The notes below the pieces were generated by a model. That model had not been told where the DNA came from. It ran no database searches and saw nothing but the letters and a program-made list of their open reading frames with translations. The translations under genes were made by a program, and so were the position numbers. Positions 48,379-55,587 of a stretch of DNA of 64,000 nucleotides are shown piece by piece. The first letter of the stretch is position 1, and each line of letters begins with the position of its first letter. Origin of the DNA: a virus (lineage: Duplodnaviria; Heunggongvirae; Uroviricota; Caudoviricetes); IMG/VR virus record IMGVR_UViG_3300038492_000258, positions 44,995-108,994 of that record; one strand, written 5' to 3'.

Positions 48379-48589
48379 TATTCTGCTAAAGTGGGAACGC
48401 CAAGCGATTCTAAAAACACTGCATATTACTTGGGAAGCCATCCCGAGTTGGATGGACTGGGAGTGGTGCAATACTCTTCCTATGACATGGGATAATCCGT
48501 GGCACTTGCTTTATAGTGTACTAAATGGATATCCACCTCCCGGTTATCGACCCATTTTTATTGGTATAAAGGCAAATCATGAAGAATAA
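48341..48589 (+). CDS. Trp-rich hypothetical protein (start uncertain)
   Basis: ORF track fills the gap. Confidence 0.4.
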   Translation: MTGCLKKQKECYNILLKWERQAILKTLHITWEAIPSWMDWEWCNTLPMTWDNPWHLLYSVLNGYPPPGYRPIFIGIKANHEE

Positions 48590-49148
48590 TGTACAATTGC
48601 AGCCTGGGGATATCTTCTTGACCAGAGGTCAAGGTTGGCTTAGCAAAGCTATTCGTCGCTTCACAACGACTTTCGGCGAGAGCCGAAGTAAAGTTAATCA
48701 CGTCGGTATTATTACGACCGAAGGCGACCTTTCGACGGCTGCTGCTGTCGAAGCGTTGCATACAGTTAAGCGACATACACTTATGGAAGAGTATGGTGGA
48801 ACTAACCAGGAAGTAGCCATTTATCGGCCAGTCAACTTGACGCCTGCGGAATTAGAGGCTATTGTTAAACGTGCTGAAGGATACGTAGGACAGAGCTACG
48901 GTTATCTCAAGATCTTTACGCATCTCATGGATTGGTGTCTTTGTGGAGCTTATCTGTTTAGACGACTGACTGCGTCAGATCGATATCCGATCTGTTCTTG
49001 GTTAGTTGCACACGCATATCTCGCGGCAGGAAAAGATTTCGGGGTTGATGCGGGAGCAGCAAGCCCTGATGATATTTGGGATTTTGTAACGCACAGAGGA
49101 CACAGAAGGTATTACCGATGCGTAAGACGACTATCAAAACTATCTTGA
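48579..49148 (+). CDS. Permuted papain-like amidase (YaeF/YiiX, NlpC/P60 superfamily)
   Basis: LQPGDIFL, NHVGI (His) before GQSY and ICSWLVAHAY (Cys), SPDDI. Confidence 0.85.
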   Translation: MKNNVQLQPGDIFLTRGQGWLSKAIRRFTTTFGESRSKVNHVGIITTEGDLSTAAAVEALHTVKRHTLMEEYGGTNQEVAIYRPVNLTPAELEAIVKRAEGYVGQSYGYLKIFTHLMDWCLCGAYLFRRLTASDRYPICSWLVAHAYLAAGKDFGVDAGAASPDDIWDFVTHRGHRRYYRCVRRLSKLS

Positions 49149-49227
49149 ATGCATATCGCATTATATATGCAATTTCCCCAAAAGGACGTTCGGCTCAATA
49201 TTACATTGAAGGGGCAAAAAGCTTACT

Positions 49228-49596
49228 ATGAAGCTTGTTGATATCTTAGCATCGTTTCGCGAACAGGTTAGTGAAGCTCTCACTGACAATCATAATGCGT
49301 TTGGATATATTGCAAGTAATAATCCAGACACTCGTATCGTGCTCTTCGATGTAAACGATCGTAAAACCTTTGCGATTTGCGATATTGTGATTACAAAAGA
49401 ATGTCGTGTTGTTAAGAATCGTTGGGGTGTTATTGATCACAACGAACCATTGCCGCTAAAACAAGGTGACGGTAGCAGCGACTATGGTGGATATTACAGT
49501 ATTCCACAAGAGGTTCTAGAAGGCAAAGAGTGGAAGCCTGTTCACAAAGGCAAAAGATGGATTTCGAGATCTAATGTCCAAATACTACATAAGTAG
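49228..49596 (+). CDS. KGxRWI-array ORF 1 (122 aa)
   Basis: Ends ...HKGKRWISRSNVQILHK. Confidence 0.75.
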   Translation: MKLVDILASFREQVSEALTDNHNAFGYIASNNPDTRIVLFDVNDRKTFAICDIVITKECRVVKNRWGVIDHNEPLPLKQGDGSSDYGGYYSIPQEVLEGKEWKPVHKGKRWISRSNVQILHK

Positions 49597-49825
49597 ACAA
49601 ATGGGAAAACCTGAACCGAACATGGGACCCGGAGAATGGCACTCGGCTTCGAAGGGTATCCTGAAGATTAAAGATATGGCTCAACACCATATTCTTAATG
49701 CTATTAAGAAGATCAAACGTGAGGGTTGGCGGGAAGACAAGTTACTAGAACTAGAAAACGAGTTGCGGCTTCGCCGCAAACCTGATGTTACTAAAGGACA
49801 ACGGTGGATCAGAAAACGTTCGTAG
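49574..49825 (+). CDS. KGxRWI-array ORF 2 (83 aa)
   Basis: Ends ...TKGQRWIRKRS. Confidence 0.75.
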   Translation: MSKYYISRQMGKPEPNMGPGEWHSASKGILKIKDMAQHHILNAIKKIKREGWREDKLLELENELRLRRKPDVTKGQRWIRKRS

Positions 49826-49971
49826 ACAGCTTCTCTAAACTCGGACATTTTATCGACTTTACTACACAAAGTGTAAAGACACTTAATGAAACTATTAAGG
49901 TCACCGTCTCGCATATCAGCAAATTCCGCCACCGGAAGGGAAGACGATGGATAACGAAGAAGACAGATTAA
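49804..49971 (+). CDS. KGxRWI-array ORF 3 (55 aa, not in ORF track)
   Basis: GTG start inside the previous motif; MDQKTFVDSF...HRKGRRWITKKTD. Confidence 0.7.
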   Translation: MDQKTFVDSFSKLGHFIDFTTQSVKTLNETIKVTVSHISKFRHRKGRRWITKKTD

Positions 49972-50147
49972 TTGGTATGGATAATGTCGTTATTCCATAT
50001 GAGGGCCAGTCTTTGTGGGGTGATCTGGAAGATATCATTAAGAAAAATTTTGTTCCCAAAATCGACACTGCTCCCGAGCAATTCATTAAAGGAATAGTGA
50101 AACACAAGAAAGGTCGGAGATGGATCGAGAAGAGGACTTCACAATAG
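49947..50147 (+). CDS. KGxRWI-array ORF 4 (66 aa)
   Basis: Starts MD inside the previous motif; ends KKGRRWIEKRTSQ. Confidence 0.7.
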   Translation: MDNEEDRLIGMDNVVIPYEGQSLWGDLEDIIKKNFVPKIDTAPEQFIKGIVKHKKGRRWIEKRTSQ

Positions 50148-50323
50148 ACGACATATCAACCAGCGGATCATTTTCATATGGCGGTGCTGTTCAAGACGCT
50201 CATGGTATGTGGAACTTTCCTATTCAGGCAAGCGGCATGATCATGATTAATGACATGTATATGCCTCCTCAGCACACTAAAGGACGACGTTGGATTACGA
50301 AAGATGAAACTGAAAGAAGCTAG
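50120..50323 (+). CDS. KGxRWI-array ORF 5 (67 aa)
   Basis: Starts MD inside the previous motif; ends TKGRRWITKDETERS. Confidence 0.7.
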   Translation: MDREEDFTIDDISTSGSFSYGGAVQDAHGMWNFPIQASGMIMINDMYMPPQHTKGRRWITKDETERS

Positions 50324-50582
50324 AGTTTTATCGATCTATGATACACACAAAGTTGTCTATGGCGAAATAGTAGATGATTTAATTAGAGCCGACAGGCTCT
50401 ATCATCATGTACCAGATAGCCTAAACACGCCCGAGGATTACGACACACTCGCGGAAGCGATGTCTATATATAAGAAATATGAAATCCACCAAAAGATTTG
50501 GGGCGAAACAGTTGACCCAAAACAATTTGTGATCAAAGGCAAACGATGGATACCCTTGAACCCAGAAATTACGACGGCGTAG
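50304..50582 (+). CDS. KGxRWI-array ORF 6 (92 aa)
   Basis: ATG 50304 (MKLKEAR); ends IKGKRWIPLNPEITTA. Confidence 0.7.
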   Translation: MKLKEARVLSIYDTHKVVYGEIVDDLIRADRLYHHVPDSLNTPEDYDTLAEAMSIYKKYEIHQKIWGETVDPKQFVIKGKRWIPLNPEITTA

Positions 50583-50917
50583 GATATCGAGCAATCACTG
50601 ATATTGACGCTTTAATATTACTGGCGGTTGATCCAAGAGTAGTGTCTTTCTTAACGGAAGGAGTTAGGTCCAGCACGGCCCTTAATGAATCGCGTGTTCT
50701 GGCTAGCAGGTTTTACAAAGCAGGATACGACCCCAACGATTTTGTGCAATTATTGCGTGCTTTACACCGCATAGTGAGCGAAAGCGATGACGCTGTGCCT
50801 GCGGGACAAATTGTTACTATGATGAAACGCTTTGCTAGATATTATCATCATAACACAGTTATGAAGGGTAGGCGATGGATTTATGCATCGCAAGGAACTT
50901 GCGATGCAGAAGTATAA
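50546..50917 (+). CDS. KGxRWI-array ORF 7 (123 aa)
   Basis: Starts MD inside the previous motif; ends MKGRRWIYASQGTCDAEV. Confidence 0.75.
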   Translation: MDTLEPRNYDGVGYRAITDIDALILLAVDPRVVSFLTEGVRSSTALNESRVLASRFYKAGYDPNDFVQLLRALHRIVSESDDAVPAGQIVTMMKRFARYYHHNTVMKGRRWIYASQGTCDAEV

Positions 50918-51227
50918 CGGTTACCACAATCCGAACGATCTAACTCCGTTTGACACGGAAATAACGGAAGATGACCTGAATAGACTGAAGCATGCGAAAA
51001 ATGATCCTATGGGAGGTATCAGAGTTACTCTAGACTTCTTAGAAAGAGTAAATTACGACCCGAATGACTATTTAGATGTCGTACGCAATCTACTTAAACG
51101 AGAAACGGGTTCAAGTGACATTGCGGAAGAGACGAAGAGATTTATTCTGAAAAGAACTTTGGATGTAAAAGCTAGGGGCTACGCCCCTAGGAAGGGTCGT
51201 CGATGGATCTTGAAAAGTTCGCAATAA
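50883..51227 (+). CDS. KGxRWI-array ORF 8 (start 50883 or 50904)
   Basis: Ends RKGRRWILKSSQ; shares YDPND with ORF 7. Confidence 0.75.
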   Translation: MHRKELAMQKYNGYHNPNDLTPFDTEITEDDLNRLKHAKNDPMGGIRVTLDFLERVNYDPNDYLDVVRNLLKRETGSSDIAEETKRFILKRTLDVKARGYAPRKGRRWILKSSQ

Positions 51228-51430
51228 CACCAGATGCAGACGATGACACGGGTCATAGGGTATATTATCAAACTACAGGCGGCCAATGGCGATGGTTAAT
51301 CCTCACACATAGAGGAGTATGGACTGCATTAATGGCCCTATTATCAAGCGAATTCTCGCAAGAGAGTGTACACCCCATTTATATAGAATTCCGAAATGAA
51401 GACTTCGAACTCAAAGATATTTGTCGCTAG
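51203..51430 (+). CDS. Small W-x-A-[ILV] family paralogue 1
   Basis: Starts MD inside the last KGxRWI; contains GVWTALMALL...IYIEF. Confidence 0.65.
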   Translation: MDLEKFAITPDADDDTGHRVYYQTTGGQWRWLILTHRGVWTALMALLSSEFSQESVHPIYIEFRNEDFELKDICR

Positions 51431-52043
51431 CGATACCCATTTTGGGCACGCCAATATTATTAAGTATTGCGAAAGGCCGTTTGCAGACGCCCGCAAGATG
51501 GACGACGCACTTCTTAATTCTTTTTCCCAGCGGCTTGATAGCGAAGCTATCCTTTATTTCCTAGGAGATCTTACCTTCGCCCCCGATTGGCGAGAGCAAG
51601 AGATCTTGCGAGAACTTTCTGGCATGTGCCGGAAAATCTTCATCCTAAAGGGAAACCATGATACTCCAAGCAAATGGGGCAAGGGTGTCGAAGAAAACGT
51701 TCGCGTTGCGAACACTGAGAATATTAAAGTAATAGATAAGGACATTCACGCTATTCAGCATGAAGGCAAGAAAATTGTGATGTGCCATTATGCGATCACA
51801 GATTGGGATGGCAAATTCCATGGGAGCATTCACCTTCACGGCCATTCCCATGGCCGTGTTGTGAAGGAAGTTCCGACAGAGAAAGATGTTCACTGGGCCA
51901 CTTACGCCAACGGAATTATGGGGCGATCGACCGTTCCTTTTATTGATAATCGTTATGACGTTGGCGTCGATATGTACGGTGGTCCTGTTCTTCTGACGGG
52001 AGATTTGCGGTATATCAATAATCCGAAGGGTTGGGATGTATGA
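51396..52043 (+). CDS. Calcineurin-like metallophosphoesterase
   Basis: SDTHFGH, LGDL, GNHD, CHY, HLHGHSH, DVGVD. Confidence 0.93.
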   Translation: MKTSNSKIFVASDTHFGHANIIKYCERPFADARKMDDALLNSFSQRLDSEAILYFLGDLTFAPDWREQEILRELSGMCRKIFILKGNHDTPSKWGKGVEENVRVANTENIKVIDKDIHAIQHEGKKIVMCHYAITDWDGKFHGSIHLHGHSHGRVVKEVPTEKDVHWATYANGIMGRSTVPFIDNRYDVGVDMYGGPVLLTGDLRYINNPKGWDV

Positions 52044-52251
52044 GTTGAAAATCATCGAAGATAGAGAATTGGATCTTGGTGGTCATCGCTATCTGTATAG
52101 TGCGGTTATTAAAACGCCGTGTTTGAAATATCAATCTACTATGTGTTATAGTTGGTGGGACGCTGTCTTACTTGCTCTTCGAGATGAGGTTCTTCTGGAG
52201 GAACTGGGCTCTCGTCCAGTTAGTGTCAGATTTGAATACTTTGATGCTTAA
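52036..52251 (+). CDS. Small W-x-A-[ILV] family paralogue 2
   Basis: SWWDAVLLAL...PVSVRF. Confidence 0.65.
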   Translation: MYELKIIEDRELDLGGHRYLYSAVIKTPCLKYQSTMCYSWWDAVLLALRDEVLLEELGSRPVSVRFEYFDA

Positions 52252-52438
52252 CGCTACACGTTACACGAAGAGTGACGGTACACCATATTATTACACTCGT
52301 GTTGAGGCCCCTGAAGGCCATTCTTATGGCGGCAATTCGTTTGGTAACGTGTGGGAGTCAATTGGCGAGCTAATTGATGACATTTTACCACTGACATATT
52401 CAGACTATGTAATATATGTATCCTTTAACGCTTGTTAG
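52244..52438 (+). CDS. Small W-x-A-[ILV] family paralogue 3 (ATG 52244)
   Basis: NVWESIGELI...VIYVSF. Confidence 0.65.
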   Translation: MLNATRYTKSDGTPYYYTRVEAPEGHSYGGNSFGNVWESIGELIDDILPLTYSDYVIYVSFNAC

Positions 52439-52619
52439 ACAATATACAGAAAACTTTGCTGGTTCTCTTGCGACAGCGTTCGTTGTCTCTCACGAGGCAG
52501 GAATCAGTCCACGTTTTCTATCACCATGGACTGCGATAGGTGAAGTCTTGCGGAATTATGAATGGCAAATTGGCGATACGCCTTGTGTTATTAAAGAAAC
52601 TGAGTGTCATGTGGCGTAA
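52416..52619 (+). CDS. Small W-x-A-[ILV] family paralogue 4
   Basis: SPWTAIGEVLRNY...CVI. Confidence 0.65.
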   Translation: MYPLTLVRQYTENFAGSLATAFVVSHEAGISPRFLSPWTAIGEVLRNYEWQIGDTPCVIKETECHVA

Positions 52620-52849
52620 TGATTGAATACGATTGCCCGGTCGTCCTGATGGACGACGAATTGTTTGGAATGTACCATTTTATAGCGTTGCCCCCGTTGG
52701 GTTCAACGCTAAAACTGATGAATACGACTGGTAATGGTGTTTGTGCTGAGTTAAAGGTGCGAGATATCATTTTCTCTGGTGGTCACAGAACAAAACTGAG
52801 AATAAAAGTAGAATTAGTTAAGTATATTGACAAAAAGGAAACGGAATGA
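52604..52849 (+). CDS. Hypothetical protein (81 aa)
   Basis: ORF track; coupled. Confidence 0.55.
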   Translation: MSCGVMIEYDCPVVLMDDELFGMYHFIALPPLGSTLKLMNTTGNGVCAELKVRDIIFSGGHRTKLRIKVELVKYIDKKETE

Positions 52850-53064
52850 AGAATCCTGACAGTAAGCCGCTTCGTATTGTGCGGCATGGTAGATCGTGGT
52901 CGCAAGACCCTAAAGTCTATACAGATGCTTTGGCACAACTGGCGACAGCCGAAGCGATTTTGGTGCGGGCAGGTAAATCATCTGCGATGCCACACTTTAT
53001 TGCAATCGTGAAAGAATTAGAGAACGTTCTAGGCTTCAAATTCGAACAAATTCCGGAGGAATAG
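52846..53064 (+). CDS. Hypothetical protein (72 aa)
   Basis: ATGA overlap; SD AAGGA. Confidence 0.6.
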   Translation: MKNPDSKPLRIVRHGRSWSQDPKVYTDALAQLATAEAILVRAGKSSAMPHFIAIVKELENVLGFKFEQIPEE

Positions 53065-53066
53065 CA

Positions 53067-53285
53067 TTGGAAGTTGAAATTACTAATCCAAAATTCAAGT
53101 TTGTTCTCGAAGAGAACGAGATTTTCGAAGCACTCCGATTATACTTGGTAACTAAGGGGCAGGCTGTTCCTAAAGAAGCTATCAATCTTACGTTCTCTGC
53201 TGGTGGCGGCCGAAAGTTAACTGGCGTGTTTATGTTTGAACTTCCGTTGACGACTTCGAAAGAGGAAGACGATTGCCCGTTTTAA
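53067..53285 (+). CDS. Hypothetical protein (72 aa)
   Basis: TTG start with GGAGG SD. Confidence 0.6.
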   Translation: MEVEITNPKFKFVLEENEIFEALRLYLVTKGQAVPKEAINLTFSAGGGRKLTGVFMFELPLTTSKEEDDCPF

Positions 53286-53461
53286 TCGTATTTCATAATT
53301 TTGCGTGTGGTAATTATTGGGTGGCGTACGAAGATGGTGATTTTAAAGGGTCTATGGAAACGACCGCCGGTGATTTTTGGGATGCCGTTCATATCGGCTT
53401 ACTAGAGTTCGACCACCTTTTGGGAGACGTAATTTATGTCAACGACGACTGTCGTGATTAG
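53273..53461 (+). CDS. Small W-x-A-[ILV] family paralogue 5
   Basis: DFWDAVHIGL...GDVIYV. Confidence 0.65.
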   Translation: MPVLIVFHNFACGNYWVAYEDGDFKGSMETTAGDFWDAVHIGLLEFDHLLGDVIYVNDDCRD

Positions 53462-53624
53462 CAAGGATTTTACGGAATGGCGAGCGGCTATTCTTGATTG
53501 GAATGGGGTGGAATCACATCGTTCTGGGCGTCGGATAGATGGGCCGTGGCAGGCCGTCAGTCATTTAATGACATTGTATCCTTTGTATCTAAAAGACGTC
53601 ATTCAGTTGCGATTCAAAAAATGA
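53436..53624 (+). CDS. Small W-x-A-[ILV] family paralogue 6
   Basis: GPWQAVSHLMTLY...DVIQLRF. Confidence 0.65.
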   Translation: MSTTTVVISKDFTEWRAAILDWNGVESHRSGRRIDGPWQAVSHLMTLYPLYLKDVIQLRFKK

Positions 53625-53827
53625 CGACTCTTACGATAGGCCGCGATGCAGATAATAAGTGGGTTTTGTCTTTTCCGGCTCCAGAATACGCTATAGATCC
53701 AAAAGAAAATTGGACCACAAGTAGCTATGAACTTTGGCGATGTATTGGATTCGCTACTCAATTATACGGCGAACATATGGATAGAGTTGTGCATATTAAG
53801 CTTGAAGATGACAATCATAACCCTTAA
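53621..53827 (+). CDS. Small W-x-A-[ILV] family paralogue 7 (ATG 53621)
   Basis: ELWRCIGFATQLY...RVVHIKL. Confidence 0.65.
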   Translation: MTTLTIGRDADNKWVLSFPAPEYAIDPKENWTTSSYELWRCIGFATQLYGEHMDRVVHIKLEDDNHNP

Positions 53828-54014
53828 ACGCGAAGAATTATGGTGGAACGCATCCATTGATGGACCACAAAATAGTGTTTTTGATGCATGGGGAGCAAGT
53901 GCTCAGGAACCCTGGAAAGCAATTGGGAATGTGTTATCCTTATATTGCACGCATCTAGGTGGTGTTGTTAGCATTCAGTTGGACAGCAAAGCTGCTGAGG
54001 AAGAGGGCGTCTGA
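53808..54014 (+). CDS. Small W-x-A-[ILV] family paralogue 8 (ATG 53808)
   Basis: EPWKAIGNVLSLY...GVVSIQL. Confidence 0.65.
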   Translation: MTIITLKREELWWNASIDGPQNSVFDAWGASAQEPWKAIGNVLSLYCTHLGGVVSIQLDSKAAEEEGV

Positions 54015-54081
54015 AAATGGGTCCCGTGTGGTTTTACACCACCTGGCAACATTTCTCTTACATAACGGTACCTTTACAATG

Positions 54082-54122
54082 AAAAAACCCCCACCCCGGG
54101 AAGATTTTTCCCGAAGCGGAGG
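54082..54122 (-). terminator. Rho-independent terminator ending the minus-strand early block
   Basis: CCTCCGCTTCGGGAA-AAATC-TTCCCGGGGTGGGGG plus T6 (G-U pairs favour the minus strand); at the convergent junction. Confidence 0.75.
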
Positions 54123-54171
54123 CTATGTAAATATCTCGTATGAAAGCGTCTTTTACAATTCTTTTACTTGA

Positions 54172-54462
54172 CTAATCTTCCTCTCTCAATTCTCCTGTGA
54201 AAAGTTTTCGTCCCTTGCTCTCTTCCATGGGTGAATATCCTTCGCATACATGTGTTGCGTCTTTGTATGCTAGGGTAATTGTTTCCCTATACTCACCCTG
54301 TACATAGGTGGCACTACGTAGCACCCCTTCCCCTACATGGGAATTTTCTTCATGCCCTGCCCTACAGCGTGCATCGAAAAAACTTTCCGCATCAGTGTAC
54401 AGGGAAAATTCTTCCAGTACGTGCGTACCGCTGTCGGTTGTGTGTCGTGTTACTTGGAACAT
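54172..54462 (-). CDS. Hypothetical early protein (96 aa)
   Basis: ORF track; leaderless promoter upstream. Confidence 0.65.
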   Translation of the reverse strand: MFQVTRHTTDSGTHVLEEFSLYTDAESFFDARCRAGHEENSHVGEGVLRSATYVQGEYRETITLAYKDATHVCEGYSPMEESKGRKLFTGELREED

Positions 54463-54467
54463 GGTAC

Positions 54468-54496
54468 ACTATACCCTAGTGGCCTAGATTTGTCAA
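54468..54496 (-). promoter_or_regulatory. Sigma70 promoter TTGACA-N17-TATAGT, leaderless
   Basis: ATG 5 nt after the -10 box. Confidence 0.7.
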
Positions 54497-54499
54497 TTC

Positions 54500-55030
54500 C
54501 TATTTGCAGAAAATCGCATCCATCTCGGCCAGGGAGCGGGCACGCTTGCTAGCCTTGCTCTCCCCCTCTAGCTCTAGCTCATGCGTAGGCTCACCCTGTA
54601 GGCGAAGGGTGCGGGGATCGTAGCTCGCCAGTTTGACACGGCGGGAAAGAGCGGCTTGGGCATTCTGGCGGGCTTGGTATTCGTGGCGTTCCATCTTAGT
54701 AGGCTCCCTTTGGGTTCGCCTACTAGAGCGGGGAATTTCGTAGATCCGAACGTTTGGTTTTGTAAATTCGTATTTACGTTCGTTCGCCTCTAGCAACCAG
54801 GAAAAAATTTCCTGTTGAAATTCGCAGTCTAGGGGATAGACTTTATGCGGAACATATTTCCAGAATTCATTTCCACCTAGGGCTAGCCTACGGCCTACGT
54901 ATGGGGTGGATTGTGCCACTACGTACCCATAGGAAATTCTTACCCAATCTGTCCCTATGTAGATTGTTCCACATAGAGAGGGACACTGTAGCAGGGAAAC
55001 TAGTTCCTCTAGATTGTCTCCCCGAATCAT
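54500..55030 (-). CDS. Hypothetical early protein (176 aa)
   Basis: ORF track; ATGA coupling to the upstream mini-ORF. Confidence 0.65.
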   Translation of the reverse strand: MIRGDNLEELVSLLQCPSLCGTIYIGTDWVRISYGYVVAQSTPYVGRRLALGGNEFWKYVPHKVYPLDCEFQQEIFSWLLEANERKYEFTKPNVRIYEIPRSSRRTQREPTKMERHEYQARQNAQAALSRRVKLASYDPRTLRLQGEPTHELELEGESKASKRARSLAEMDAIFCK

Positions 55031-55176
55031 GCCTTAGGGAAAATCTTTCCTACTAAGTAGCCTACGTGCCAGGCAATAGCCCCTAGTGTATGCGTAGCGT
55101 AGCAATTGCGGGCCCATCCTGGGGCGTATGCATCGCCCCTACCGAACCCGTACCAGCGTACTAGCGTTTCCCTCAC
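55027..55176 (-). CDS. Small hypothetical protein (49 aa, not in track)
   Basis: GTG start overlapping the upstream TGA and TGA overlapping the downstream ATG; MRETLVRWYGF...GKIFPKA. Confidence 0.55.
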   Translation of the reverse strand: MRETLVRWYGFGRGDAYAPGWARNCYATHTLGAIAWHVGYLVGKIFPKA

Positions 55177-55316
55177 TTGCTAAGCCCCACGGACGCGTAG
55201 GCGGCGTTATGGTTCGCTTGGAAGTCCTGGAAGGCCGAAGCGGCTTTCGGAATCGCGACACAAGCGACGGCCAGGGCGATCGAAGCGAGGATGAGGTACG
55301 TTTTTCCGTTCTTCAT
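55173..55316 (-). CDS. Small signal-peptide/membrane protein (47 aa, not in track)
   Basis: MKNGKTYLILASIALAVACVAIPKAASA...; ATG 8 nt after a TATACT. Confidence 0.6.
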   Translation of the reverse strand: MKNGKTYLILASIALAVACVAIPKAASAFQDFQANHNAAYASVGLSK

Positions 55317-55324
55317 TATGTCCT

Positions 55325-55352
55325 AGTATACCCCATTTCGCCCGAGATGCAA
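55325..55352 (-). promoter_or_regulatory. Sigma70 promoter TTGCAT-N16-TATACT, leaderless
   Basis: Direct sequence match. Confidence 0.65.
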
Positions 55353-55368
55353 ACGGAAATTCGATTTT

Positions 55369-55587
55369 CTAGGCTCGAATTGTTTTCGCTACGATTTTGT
55401 AGCTACCTTCGCCCGTGCGAAGAATTAGCCGCGAAGAATCTTCATGGACCACGTCAGGATTTTCCGTGTCGGAATCTTCTTCGCAGTGTACGCAAATTTC
55501 ATCCCCCTTGGGAATTAATTCGCAGCAGAAAACGCACTGTGAATAATCTTCGAGGCCCGGAAAAATATCATCGTAATCAGGATTCAT
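55369..55587 (-). CDS. Small Cys-rich (CxxC...CxxC) acidic protein
   Basis: CVFCCE...CVHC. Confidence 0.6.
   Translation of the reverse strand: MNPDYDDIFPGLEDYSQCVFCCELIPKGDEICVHCEEDSDTENPDVVHEDSSRLILRTGEGSYKIVAKTIRA

Larger units (their letters stand above)
49546..51209 (+). repeat. Eight dispersed 18-bp degenerate repeats AAR GGH MRN MGD TGG ATH
   Basis: Copies start at 49546, 49793, 49936, 50109, 50279, 50535, 50864, 51192. Confidence 0.9.

Noticed and set aside
49546-51209. KGxRWI repeats as a CRISPR array or integron attC sites
   Set aside because: Repeats are degenerate, non-palindromic, coding and 143-329 bp apart; no cas gene or integron integrase in the window
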